The notes beneath the pieces were generated by a model that saw only the letters and a program-made list of their open reading frames with translations, had not been told where the DNA came from and ran no database searches. A program made the translations under genes and the position numbers. Shown here one piece after another: positions 43,276 to 56,300 of a stretch of DNA of 64,000 bases. The stretch lies in NCBI GenBank assembly GCA_002269645.1, contig NIVC01001150.1, positions 62,001 through 126,000 on the forward strand, written 5' to 3'. The stretch's first letter is position 1, and each line of letters begins with the position of its first letter. The stretch is from Macrostomum lignano (taxonomy: Eukaryota).

Positions 43276-44333
43276 TCAATAGCTGAGGGCGGAGTCGCCA
43301 GGCGCAGCCATAAATATTTATCAATGAGCGGAGCAACAAAAAGCTGAATAGGAAAAACCCTCGAGCTCGGATTTCAGTAATTTGGCTTCTTGCCGAATCT
43401 GCTTTGTGCAGTGATGGGGTGGCCGCGGCTCGCGCCCGAGATCCTCAGTGGGATTCCGGCGGCCGGAAGGAGCGGGGAGAGCGCGGCGGCCGCGGCTATA
43501 AAATGGTGAAACCCGACACCGCGTTGGTGTCGGTGGCCGCCCATCATAAACCTGCCACTTCTGAGGGGCCTCTGCCGCCAACAGCAGGTCTTGGGTTTCA
43601 GTCCGGGCTCGTCAGCAACCGCCCAGCCTGTTGGGGGGGGGGGGGCGCCCGCGCTTCCGCACCAGCACCGGTTCATCTCCGGTATACCGTGGCCTGCCGA
43701 ACAGTTATTGGCGACTCTCCATGGCAACTGGTGAGGCAGCAGCACTGTCCGAATGTGTGCGCTCGTACCAGCTTATTCAAAGCCATTCCAGCATCCCCAT
43801 GAGGATTTTACATTTTTACCTGATTGATCTCCGATTTCAGCTCAGAAAAACACCATAGCGAGCTTCGTATTGCCTCCGATTCAAAGCCAACGGTAAACTC
43901 CTTGTGTCGTGAAATTTGCAACCATTGTACACTACTGTCTATCGCCAATCAGTAGCAATGTGCGCGCTGCATAAGATAAATTCGCAAAGCTGAGCAAATA
44001 TTTTAATTGGGGCCGCGCGGTCAGGGCGGGCGGGCAATTTTTCTTGGCTCTCTTATCAATTCGGTTGCTGGCCTGGAGGTGAAAAATCACCGCTGCCCAC
44101 CTAACCGTCGGTGCCCCGGGATTCGGCGATGACAGGCTGCGGGGGCAGGTGAGGACACCGGCCCTTCATCAGCCGCATCGGGAGGCTGAATGGATGAGGC
44201 TTAATGCGGTCCAGAAGGCGCCGAGATAAAAGGCGGCGGCAGGCCCAGGTTGTCCGGCCGAGGCCCCGAAATTCTGGCCTTGTTTGCACTCGCTGACCAC
44301 CGGCTTGAACGTTCCTTCAAAATCGCAGTCACC

Positions 44334-47300
44334 ATGGCAACCCAGCTGTCGCTTCTACTACCGCTGCTGCTGCTGGCGCCGCTGCTTGCGAGCCGGGCGG
44401 CGGGCCTCAGCCTGACGGGGGCAGCGGCCAAGACTCGTGAGTTGCTCTTGACTTGAGCAGGCAAACCTTTGTTATTAAATTTTGCAACTTTTCTAACTTG
44501 CTTTTGCTTGCTTTCACCTGTAAGCAAGGCTAAAAAAGAGTAAAAATGTTCAACATTGTGAATAATGAAAAATTCATATCAGAACACAAATAAAATTTCT
44601 GTTGAGTCACAACTACTACTGTGAGTAGTTCCTGTGATGAGGAGCGTCTCTGCTCAACGTAACCATCCCACCCGGCCCCGCAGTCGAGGGCTCGCGGCAC
44701 GCGCGCAGCAGACGCGAGACCACCAGCCCCTTCATCCCGCTGCGCCTGTTCGGCGACTCGAACCCCGAACCGCAGCCCGGCTATCCGCGCACCTCGCCGG
44801 ACTCAGAGCCGGACGAGCTGAGCCGCCACCGCACCGGCGGGGTGCCCCCGACGCCGCAGATCGTGCGAATCCGCGGCGACCTGATGAAGATGAACCCCAA
44901 CGAGGGCCGCGTCGAGGTCAACTACCACGGCGTCTGGGGGCTCGTCTGCGGCGACTACGTGCAGCAGATTGAGGCCACGCTGGTCTGCCACCAGCTGGGC
45001 TTCGAGCTGTGAGCTGGGAACAGGGCCTGCCTGGGGTGAGATTCGATAGGGTGAGATTCGATAGGGTGAGATTCGATAGGGTGAGATTCGATAGGGTGAG
45101 ATTCGATAGGGTGGGATTCGATAGGGTGAGATTCGATAGGGTGAGATTCGATAGGGTGAGATTCGATAGGGTGAGATTCGATAGGGTGAGATTCGATAGG
45201 GTGAGATTCGATAGGGTGAGATTCGATAGGGTGAGATTCGATAGGGTGAGATTCGATAGGGTGAGATTCGATAGGGTGAGATTCGATAGGGTGAGATTCG
45301 ATAGGGTGAGATTCGATAGGGTAAGATTCGATAGGGTGAGATTCGATAGGGTGAGATTCGATAGGGTGAGATTCGATAGGGTGAGATTCGATAGGGTGAG
45401 ATTCGATAGGGTGAGATTCGATAGGGTGAGATTCGATAGGGTGAGATTCGATAGGTGAGAGTAGATGGGGTGAGAGTAGAAGGGGTGAGAGTAGATGAGG
45501 TGAGAGTAGATAGGGTGAGAGTAGATAGGGTGAGAGTAGATGGGGTGAGTAGATGGGGTGAGGGTAGATAGGGTGAGAGTAGATGGGGTGAGAGTAGATA
45601 GGGTGAGAGTAGATGGGGTGAGAGTAGATGAGGTGAGAATAGATAGGGTGAGAGTAGATAGGGTGAGAGTAGATAGGGTGAGAGTAGATGGGGTGAGAGT
45701 ACATAGGGTGAGAGTAAATAGGGTGAGAGTAGATGGGGTGAGAGTACATAGGGTGAGAGTAAATAGGGTGAGAGTAGATGGGGTGAGAGCCGGTTTGTGA
45801 AGGGGAAAAAGCGGGCAGCACGAGAGTTCAAACTGAACTCGGTCCGCAGCGGAGCCAACCGGGTGTACAAGAACTCGTACTACGGCACCGGCCACTACAA
45901 GCGGCAGGACATCATCGTGGGCCACGTGCAGTGCAAGCACGACGGCGATGAGCTGACGCTGTTCGACTGCAAGCGGAAGCTGATGCCGCCCTGCGACCTG
46001 AACTCCACCACCGGGATCGAGTGCATCTACAACACCGGTGCGGCTCTGGCTGAATGCTTCCTCTGCTGTCCTTCTTGCTCACACTCCCTCTCTCTCCTCT
46101 CTCTCCCTTACCTTCCTCTTCCTCTCCTCTCTCCCTTACCTTCCTCTTCCTCTCCTCTCTCCCTTACCTTCCTCTTCCTCTCCTCTCTCCCTTTCCTTCC
46201 TCTCTCTCTCCTCTCTCCCTTTCCTTCCTCTCTCTCTCTCCTCTCTCCCTTTCCTTCCTCTCTCTCTTCTCACTCCCCTTCCTTCCTCTCTCTCTCCTCA
46301 CTCTCCCTTCCTTCCTCTCTCTCTCCTCACTCTCCCTTCCTTCCTCTCTCTCTCCTCACTCTCCCTTCCTTCCTCTCTCTCTCATCTCTCTCCCTTTCCT
46401 TCCTCTCTCTCTCCTCACTCTCCCTTTTCTTCTTCTCTCTTTTCCTCTCCCTCTTTTCTTGTACTTTCTCTTCTTTGCCTCATACACGTCACTACATCTC
46501 AATCCCTTCTGCCTTCCCCTTCCTGATCTGCTCTTACTTTTCCGTCTCTCTCTTTGCCTTTTTGTTCGTGTCACCTGAGTTCGTTCGCAATCTTCAGCTT
46601 GCAATCAAACATTGAAGACATCGCACTGTCTCCCGCTGCAGGCTGCGACTGGGGCTGGTCCAGCTTCGACGGCCTCTGCTACCGGCTGGAGACCGAGCCC
46701 AAGACTGCTGCCGAGGCCGCCGCCGCCTGCCAGGCCAAGGGTGCCAAGCTGGTGTCGGTGAACTCTTTGGAGGAGGGCAACTACATTACCAACATGCTGT
46801 ACACCAAGTTCAGATGTGAGTCAGTTCGACGTGGGTCAGTGACTGCTGATTGAGTCAGATGATTGATGATTGAGTCAGATGATTGCTGATTGAGTCAGAT
46901 GATTGCTGATTGAGTCAGATTGATTGAGTCAGATGATTGCTGATTGAGGCAGATGATTGCTGATTGAGTCAGATGATTGCTGATTGAGTCAGATGATTGC
47001 TGATTGAGTCAGATGACTGCGGATTGAGTCAGATGACTGCGGATTGAGGCAGATGACTGCGGATTGAGGCAGATGACTGCGGATTGAGTCAGATGACTGC
47101 GGATTGAGTCAGATGACTGCGGATTGAGGCAGATGACTGCGGATTGAGGCAGATGACTGCTGATTGAGGCAGATGACTGCTGATTGAGTCAGATGACTGC
47201 TGATTGAGTCAGATGACTGCGGATTGAGTCAGATGACTGCGGATTGAGGCAGATGACTGCTGATTGAGTCAGATGATTGCTGATTGAGTCAGATGATTGC

Positions 47301-50300
47301 TGATTGAGTCAGATGATTGCTGATTGAGTCAGATGATTGCTGATTGAGTCAGATGATTGCTGATTGAGTCAGATGATTGCTGATTGAGGCAGATGACTGC
47401 TGATTGAGTCAGATGATTGCTGATTGAGGCAGATGATTGCTGATTGAGTCAGATGATTGCTGATTGAGTCAGATGATTGCTGATTGAGTCAGATGATTGC
47501 TGATTGAGTCAGATGACTGCGGATTGAGTCAGATGATTGCTGATTGAGTCAGATGATTGCTGATTGAGTCAGATGACTGCGGATTGAGTCAGATGATTGC
47601 TGATTGAGTCAGATGATTGCTGATTGAGTCAGATGATTGCTGATTGAGTCAGATGATTGCTGATTGAGTCAGATGATTGCTGATTGAGTCAGATGATTGC
47701 TGATTGAGTCAGATGATTGCTGATTGAGTCAGATGATTGCTGATTGAGTCAGATGATTGCTGATTGAGTCAGATGATTGCTGATTGAGTCAGATGATTGC
47801 TGATTGAGTCAGATGACTGCTGATTGAGTCAGATGACTGCTGATTGAGGTCAGATGATTGCTGATTGAGTCAGATGATTGCTGATTGAGTCAGATGATTG
47901 CTGATTGAGTCAGATGATTGCTGATTGAGTCAGATGACTGCTGATTGAGTCAGATGATTGCTGATTGAGTCAGATGATTGCTGATTGAGTCAGATGATTG
48001 CTGATTGAGTCAGATGATTGCTGATTGAGTCAGATGATTGCTGATTGAGTCAGATGATTGCTGATTGAGTCAGATGATTGCTGATTGAGTCAGATGATTG
48101 CTGATTGAGTCAGATGATTGCTGATTGAGTCAGATGATTGCTGATTGAGTCAGATGATTGCGGATTGAGGTCAGATGATTGCGGATTGAGTCAGATGACT
48201 GCTGATTGAGTCAGATGATTGCTGATTGAGTCAGATGATTGCTGATTGAGTCAGATGACTGCTGATTGAGTCAGATGACTGATTGAGTCAGATGACTGAT
48301 GATTGAGTCAGATGATTGCTGATTGAGTCAGATGATTGCTGATTGAGTCAGATGACTGCTGATTGAGTCAGATGACTGCTGATTGAGTCAGATGATTGCT
48401 GATTGAGTCAGATGATTGCTGATTGAGTCAGATGATTGCTGATTGAGCAGATGATTGCTGATTGAGTCAGATGATTGCTGATTGAGTCAGATGATTGCTG
48501 ATTGAGTCAGATGATTGCTGATTGAGTCAGATGACTGCTGATTGAGGCAGATGATTGCTGATTGAGTCAGATGATTGCTGATTGAGTCAGATGATTGCTG
48601 ATTGAGTCAGATGACTGCTGATTGAGTCAGATGACTGCGGATTGAGTCAGATGACTGCTGATTGAGTCAGATGATTGCTGATTGAGTCAGATGATTGCTG
48701 CTTGAGTTAGACGACTGCTGATTAAGTCAGATGACTGCGGATTGAGTCAGATGACTGCGGATTGAGGCAGATGACTGATTGAGTCAGATGATTGCTGATT
48801 GAGTCAGATGATTGCTGATTGAGTCAGATGATTGCTGATTGAGTCAGATGATTGCTGATTGAGTCAGATGATTGCTGATTGAGTCAGATGATTGCTGATT
48901 GAGTCAGATGATTGCTGATTGAGTCAGATGATTGCTGATTGAGTCAGATGATTGCTGATTGAGTCAGATGATTGCTGATTGAGTCAGATGATTGCTGATT
49001 GAGTCAGATGATTGCTGATTGAGTCAGATGATTGCTGATTGAGTCAGATGATTGCTGATTGAGTCAGATGATTGCTGATTGAGTCAGATGATTGCTGATT
49101 GAGTCAGATGATTGCTGATTGAGTCAGATGATTGCTGATTGAGCAGATGATTGCTGATTGAGTCAGATGATTGCTGATTGAGTCAGATGATTGCTGATTG
49201 AGTCAGATGATTGCGGATTGAGTCAGATGATTGCTGATTGAGTCAGATGATTGCTGATTGAGTCAGATGATTGCTGATTGAGTCAGATGATTGCTGATTG
49301 AGTCAGATGATTGCTGATTGAGTCAGATGATTGCTGATTGAGTCAGATGATTGCTGATTGAGTCAGATGATTGCTGATTGAGTCGCATGATTGATGATTG
49401 AGGCAGATGATTGCTGATTGAGCAGATGATTGCTGATTGAGTCAGATGATTGCTGATTGAGTCAGATGATTGCTGATTGAGTCAGATGATTGCTGATTGA
49501 GTCAGATGATTGCTGATTGAGTCAGATGATTGCTGATTGAGTCAGATGATTGCTGATTGAGTCAGATGATTGCTGATTGAGTCAGATGATTGCTGATTGA
49601 GTCAGATGATTGCTGATTGAGTCAGATGATTGCTGATTGAGTCAGATGATTGCTGATTGAGTCAGATGATTGCGGATTGAGTCAGATGATTGCTGATTGA
49701 GTCAGATGATTGCGGATTGAGTCAGATGATTGCGGATTGAGGCAGATGATTGCTGATTGAGTCAGATGATTGCTGATTGAGTCAGATGATTGCTGATTGA
49801 GTCAGATGATTGCTGATTGAGTCAGATGATTGCTGATTGAGTCAGATGATTGCGGATTGAGTCAGATGATTGCGGATTGAGTCAGATGATTGCTGATTGA
49901 GTCAGATGATTGCGGATTGAGTCAGATGATTGCTGATTGAGTCAGATGATTGCTGATTGAGTCAGATGATTGCTGATTGAGTCAGATGATTGCTGATTGA
50001 GTCAGATGATTGCTGATTGAGTCAGATGATTGCTGATTGAGTCAGATGATTGCTGATTGAGTCAGATGATTGCTGATTGAGTCAGATGATTGCTGATTGA
50101 GTCAGATGATTGCTGATTGAGTCAGATGACTGCGGATTGAGGCAGATGACTGATTGAGTCAGATGATTGCTGATTGAGGCAGATGATTGCTGATTGAGTC
50201 AGATGATTGCTGATTGAGTCAGATGATTGCTGATTGAGTCAGATGATTGCTGATTGAGTCAGATGATTGCTGATTGAGTCAGATGATTGCTGATTGAGTC

Positions 50301-53300
50301 AGATGATTGCTGATTGAGTCAGATGATTGCGGATTGAGTCAGATGATTGCTGATTGAGTCAGATGATTGCTGATTGAGTCAGATGATTGCTGATTGAGTC
50401 AGATGATTGCTGATTGAGTCAGATGACTGCGGATTGAGTCAGATGATTGCTGATTGAGTCAGATGACTGCGGATTGAGTCAGATGACTGCTGATTGAGTC
50501 AGATGATTGCTGATTGAGTCAGATGATTGCTGATTGAGTCAGATGATTGCTGATTGAGTCAGATGACTGCTGATTGAGTCAGATGACTGATTGAGTCGAT
50601 GACTGATGATTGAGTCAGATGACTGCTGATTGAGTCAGATGATTGCTGATTGAGTCAGATGATTGATGGTTGAGTCAGATGGCTGCTGATTGAGTCAGAT
50701 GATTGCTGATTGAGTCAGATGATTGCTGATTGAGGCAGATGATTGCTGATTGAGTCAGATGATTGCTGATTGAGTCAGATGATTGCGGATTGAGTCAGAT
50801 GATTGCTGATTGAGTCAGATGACTGCTGATTGAGTCAGATGATTGCTGATTGAGTCAGATGATTGCTGATTGAGTCAGATGACTGCGGATTGAGGCAGAT
50901 GATTGCGGATTGAGTCAGATGACTGCTGATTGAGTCAGATGATTGCTGATTGAGTCAGATGATTGCTGATTGAGGCAGATGACTGCTGATTGAGTCAGAT
51001 GACTGATTGAGTCGCATGACTGATGATTGAGTCAGATGACTGCTGATTGAGTCAGATGATTGCTGATTGAGTCAGATGATTGATGGTTGAGTCAGATGAC
51101 TGCTGATTGAGTCAGATGATTGCTGATTGAGTCAGATGATTGCTGATTGAGTCAGATGATTGCTGATTGAGGCAGATGATTGCTGATTGAGTCAGATGAT
51201 TGCTGATTGAGTCAGATGATTGCTGATTGAGTCAGATGATTGCTGATTGAGTCAGATGACTGCTGATTGAGGCAGATGACTGCTGATTGAGTCAGATGAT
51301 TGCTGATTGAGTCAGATGATTGCTGCTTGAGTCAGACGACTGCTGATTAAGTCAGATGACTGCGGATTGAGTCAGATGACTGCTGATTGAGGCAGATGAT
51401 TGCTGATTGAGTAAGATGATTGCTCCTTGAGTTAGACGACTGCTGATTAAGTCAGATGACTGCGGATTGAGTCAGATGACTGCGGATTGAGGCAGATGAC
51501 TGATTGAGTCAGATGATTGCTGATTGAGTCAGATGATTGCGGATTGAGTCAGATGATTGCTGATTGAGTCGCATGATTGATGATTGAGGCAGATGATTGC
51601 TGATTGAGTCAGATGATTGCTGATTGAGTCAGATGATTGCTGATTGAGTCGCATGATTGATGATTGAGGCAGATGATTGCGGATTGAGGCAGATGATTGC
51701 TGATTGAGTCAGATGATTGCTGATTGAGTCAGATGATTGCTGATTGAGTCAGATGATTGCTGATTGAGTCAGATGATTGCTGATTGAGTCAGATGATTGC
51801 TGATTGAGTCAGATGATTGCTGATTGAGTCAGATGACTGCGGATTGAGTCAGATGACTGCGGATTGAGGCAGATGATTGCTGATTGAGTCAGATGATTGC
51901 TGATTGAGTCAGATGATTGCTGATTAAGTCAGATGATTGCGGATTGAGGCAGATGATTGCTGATTGAGTCAGATGATTGCTGATTGAGTCAGATGATTGC
52001 TGATTGAGTCAGATGATTGCTGATTGAGTCAGATGATTGCTGATTGAGTCGCATGATTGATGATTGAGGCAGATGATTGCTGATTGAGTCAGATGATTGC
52101 TGATTGAGTCGCATGATTGATGATTGAGGCAGATGATTGCGGATTGAGGCAGATGATTGCTGATTGAGTCAGATGATTGCTGATTGAGTCAGATGATTGC
52201 TGATTGAGTCAGATGATTGCTGATTGAGTCAGATGATTGCTGATTGAGTCAGATGATTGCTGATTGAGTCAGATGATTGCTGATTGAGTCAGATGACTGC
52301 GGATTGAGTCAGATGACTGCGGATTGAGGCAGATGATTGCTGATTGAGTCAGATGATTGCTGATTGAGTCAGATGATTGCTGATTAAGTCAGATGATTGC
52401 GGATTGAGGCAGATGATTGCTGATTGAGTCAGATGATTGCGGATTGAGTCAGATGACTGCGGATTGAGGCAGATGATTGCTGATTGAGTCAGATGATTGC
52501 TGATTGAGTCAGATGATTGCTGATTAAGTCAGATGATTGCGGATTGAGTCAGATGATTGCTGATTGAGTCAGATGATTGCGGATTGAGTCAGATGATTGC
52601 GGATTGAGTCAGATGATTGCTGATTGAGGCAGATGATTGCTGATTGAGTCAGATGATTGCTGATTGAGTCAGATGATTGCTGATTGAGTCAGATGATTGC
52701 TGATTGAGTCAGATGATTGCTGATTGAGTCAGATGATTGCTGATTGAGTCAGATGATTGCTGCTTGAGTCAGATGATTGCTGATTGAGTCAGATGATTGC
52801 TGATTGAGTCAGATGACTGCGGATTGAGTCAGATGACTGCGGATTGAGGCAGATGACTGCGGATTGAGGCAGATGACTGATTGAGTCAGATGATTGCTGA
52901 TTGAGGCAGATGATTGCTGATTGAGTCAGATGATTGCTGATTGAGTCAGATGATTGCTGATTGAGTCAGATGATTGCTGATTGAGTCAGATGATTGCTGA
53001 TTGAGTCAGATGATTGCTGATTGAGTCAGATGATTGCTGATTGAGTCAGATGATTGCGGATTGAGTCAGATGATTGCTGATTGAGTCAGATGACTGCTGA
53101 TTGAGTCAGATGATTGCTGATTGAGTCAGATGATTGCTGATTGAGTCAGATGACTGCGGATTGAGGCAGATGATTGCTGATTGAGTCAGATGACTGCGGA
53201 TTGAGTCAGATGACTGCTGATTGAGTCAGATGATTGCTGATTGAGTCAGATGATTGCTGATTGAGTCAGATGATTGCTGATTGAGGCAGATGACTGCTGA

Positions 53301-56300
53301 TTGAGTCAGATGACTGATTGAGTCGCATGACTGATGATTGAGTCAGATGACTGCTGATTGAGTCAGATGATTGCTGATTGAGTCAGATGATTGATGGTTG
53401 AGTCAGATGGCTGCTGATTGAGTCAGATGATTGCTGATTGAGTCAGATGATTGCTGATTGAGTCAGATGATTGCTGATTGAGGCAGATGATTGCTGATTG
53501 AGTCAGATGATTGCTGATTGAGTCAGATGATTGCTGATTGAGTCAGATGATTGCTGATTGAGGCAGATGACTGCTGATTGAGGCAGATGACTGCTGATTG
53601 AGTCAGATGATTGCTGATTGAGTCAGATGATTGCTGCTTGAGTCAGACGACTGCTGATTAAGTCAGATGACTGCGGATTGAGTCAGATGACTGCTGATTG
53701 AGGCAGATGATTGCTGATTGAGTAAGATGATTGCTCCTTGAGTCAGACGACTGCTGATTAAGTCAGATGACTGCGGATTGAGTCAGATGACTGCGGATTG
53801 AGGCAGATGACTGATTGAGTCAGATGATTGCTGATTGAGTCAGATGATTGCGGATTGAGTCAGATGATTGCTGATTGAGTCGCATGATTGATGATTGAGT
53901 CAGATGACTGCTGCTTGAGTCAGATGATTGCTGATTGAGGCAGATGATTGCGGATTGAGGCAGATGATTGCTGATTGAGTCAGATGATTGCTGATTGAGT
54001 CAGATGATTGCTGATTGAGTCAGATGATTGCTGATTGAGTCAGATGATTGCTGATTGAGTCAGATGATTGCGGATTGAGTCAGATGATTGCTGATTGAGT
54101 CGCATGATTGATGATTGAGGCAGATGATTGCTGATTGAGTCAGATGATTGCTGATTGAGTCGCATGATTGATGATTGAGGCAGATGATTGCGGATTGAGG
54201 CAGATGATTGCTGATTGAGTCAGATGATTGCGGATTGAGTCAGATGATTGCTGATTGAGTCAGATGATTGCTGATTGAGTCAGATGATTGCGGATTGAGT
54301 CAGATGATTGCTGATTGAGTCAGATGATTGCGGATTGAGGCAGATGATTGCTGATTGAGTCAGATGATTGCTGATTGAGTCAGATGATTGCGGATTGAGT
54401 CAGATGATTGCTGATTGAGTCGCATGATTGATGATTGCGGATTGAGTCAGATGATTGCTGATTGAGGCAGATGATTGCTGATTGAGTCAGATGATTGCTG
54501 ATTGTGATAGATGCTTGTTGACTTGCAAAATGAAAGAGGTGCAAAATGTCAGAGGTGCAAAATGTCAGACTTTCAAAATGTCAGACTATAGGCCCGCAAG
54601 CTGCCTACCGCTCCACCCGCAGCACTCAACGCGGTGTGGACAGGAGGCCAGTTCGGCTCCTTCAGGGACGTCGGCTCGCAGTACACGTCCTGGACCTTCG
54701 TGGACACGATTCACATGGCGCGGCAGCCGCTGTGGTTCCCGGGGTTCGAGCCCGGCACCGATCAGAGGCCGGCGGGGGATCCACAGCAGCGCTCCTGCAT
54801 CGCCATGTCGAAGCTGTTCCAGAATCCGCGCAGCAGACGGGATGTAGACGTGAACTACTTCTGGTGGGACAACATCAGCTGCAAGACCCGCCTGCCCTTC
54901 GTCTGCCAGAAGCTGGCGGTGGCCAGCGCGGACTGCTACGAGGGCATCGGCACCGAATACCGGGGACTCGCCGCCAGGTGGAGACAATGAGGATCCCCGC
55001 TTTGATGAGGATCCCCGCTTTGATGAGGATCCCTGCTTTGATGAGGATCCCCGCTTTGATGAGGATCCCCGCTTTGATGAGGATCCCCGCTTTGATGAGG
55101 ATCCCTGCTTTGATGAGGATCCCCGCTTTGATGAGGATCCCCGCTTTGATAAGGATCCCCGCTTTGATGAGGATCCCCGCTTTGATGAGGATCCCCGCTT
55201 TGATGAGGATCCCCGCTTTGATGAGGATCCCCGCTTTGATGAGGATCCCCGCTTTGATGAGGATCTCCGCTTTGATGAGGATCCTCGCTTTGATGAGGAT
55301 CCCCGCTTTGATGAGGATCCCCGCTTTGATGAGGATCTCCGCTTTGATGAGGATCCTCGCTTTGATGAGGATCCTCGCTTTGATGAGGATCCCCGCTTTA
55401 ATGAGGATCCAGCCAGTGCACACAGATCTCAGGCTACAGCACACAGATCTCAGGCTAAAACACACAGATCTCAGGCTACAGCACACAGATCTCAGGCTAC
55501 AGCACACAGATCTCAGGCTACAGCACACAGATCTGAGGCTACAGCACACAGATCTCAGGCTAAAACACACAGATCTCAGGCTACAGCACACAGATCTCAG
55601 GCTACAGCACACAGATCTCAGGATAAAACACACAGATCTCAGGCTACAGCACACAGATCTCAGGCTACAGCACACAGATCTCAGGCTACAGCACACAGAT
55701 CTCAGGCTACAGCACACAGATCTCAGGCTACAGCACACAGATCTCAGGCTACAGCACACAGATCTCAGGCTACAGCCAGTGCACACAGCGGCCTCCCTCG
55801 CCCCCAGAACTGACAAAGGCACACCCTGCCAGCCGTGGGGCGACAACCAGTTGATCAATCCGAGCACCTACCCGAATGCGGGTCTCAGCGGCCACGGCCT
55901 CTGCCGCAACCCGGACGGAGACGCGAAGCCCTGGTGCTGGGTGGACAACAAGAACAACGTCTTTGGCTACTGCAGCCTCAGGCAGTGCTCGGATGAGCTG
56001 CCGCAGCCGCAGGAGGGACCGCCGATGACGCCGGGGTTTGGCCACGAGAAGTGCGACCGGCATGAGGACTTTTTCTGCCCGAGCATGCTGAGCTACCGGC
56101 CCGTGTGAGTGAGGCTGTGTGAGTGAGGCTGTGTGAGTGAGGCTGTGTGAGTGAGGCTGTGTGAGTGAGGCTGTGTGAGTGAGGCTGTGTGAGTGAGGCT
56201 GTGTGAGTGAGGCTGTGTGAGTGAGGCTGTGTGAGTGAGGCTGTGTGAGTGAGGCTGTGTGAGTGAGGCTGTGTGAGTGAGGCTGTGTGAGTGAGGCTGT

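Noticed and set aside
40825-43347. QSTDPSSIYR and CQARSARQGV repeat ORFs
   Set aside because: All-frame translations of 19-bp and 14-bp units.
33400-44300. Many 60-240-aa ORFs in the GC-rich unique blocks
   Set aside because: No domain motifs, no consistent splice structure, and overlapping in several frames as expected for GC-rich non-coding DNA.
54546-56108. 520-aa ORF suggesting an in-frame retained intron (exitron) in the kringle
   Set aside because: The upstream kringle half is in a different frame, so retention stops at 54990; the intron is not 3n.
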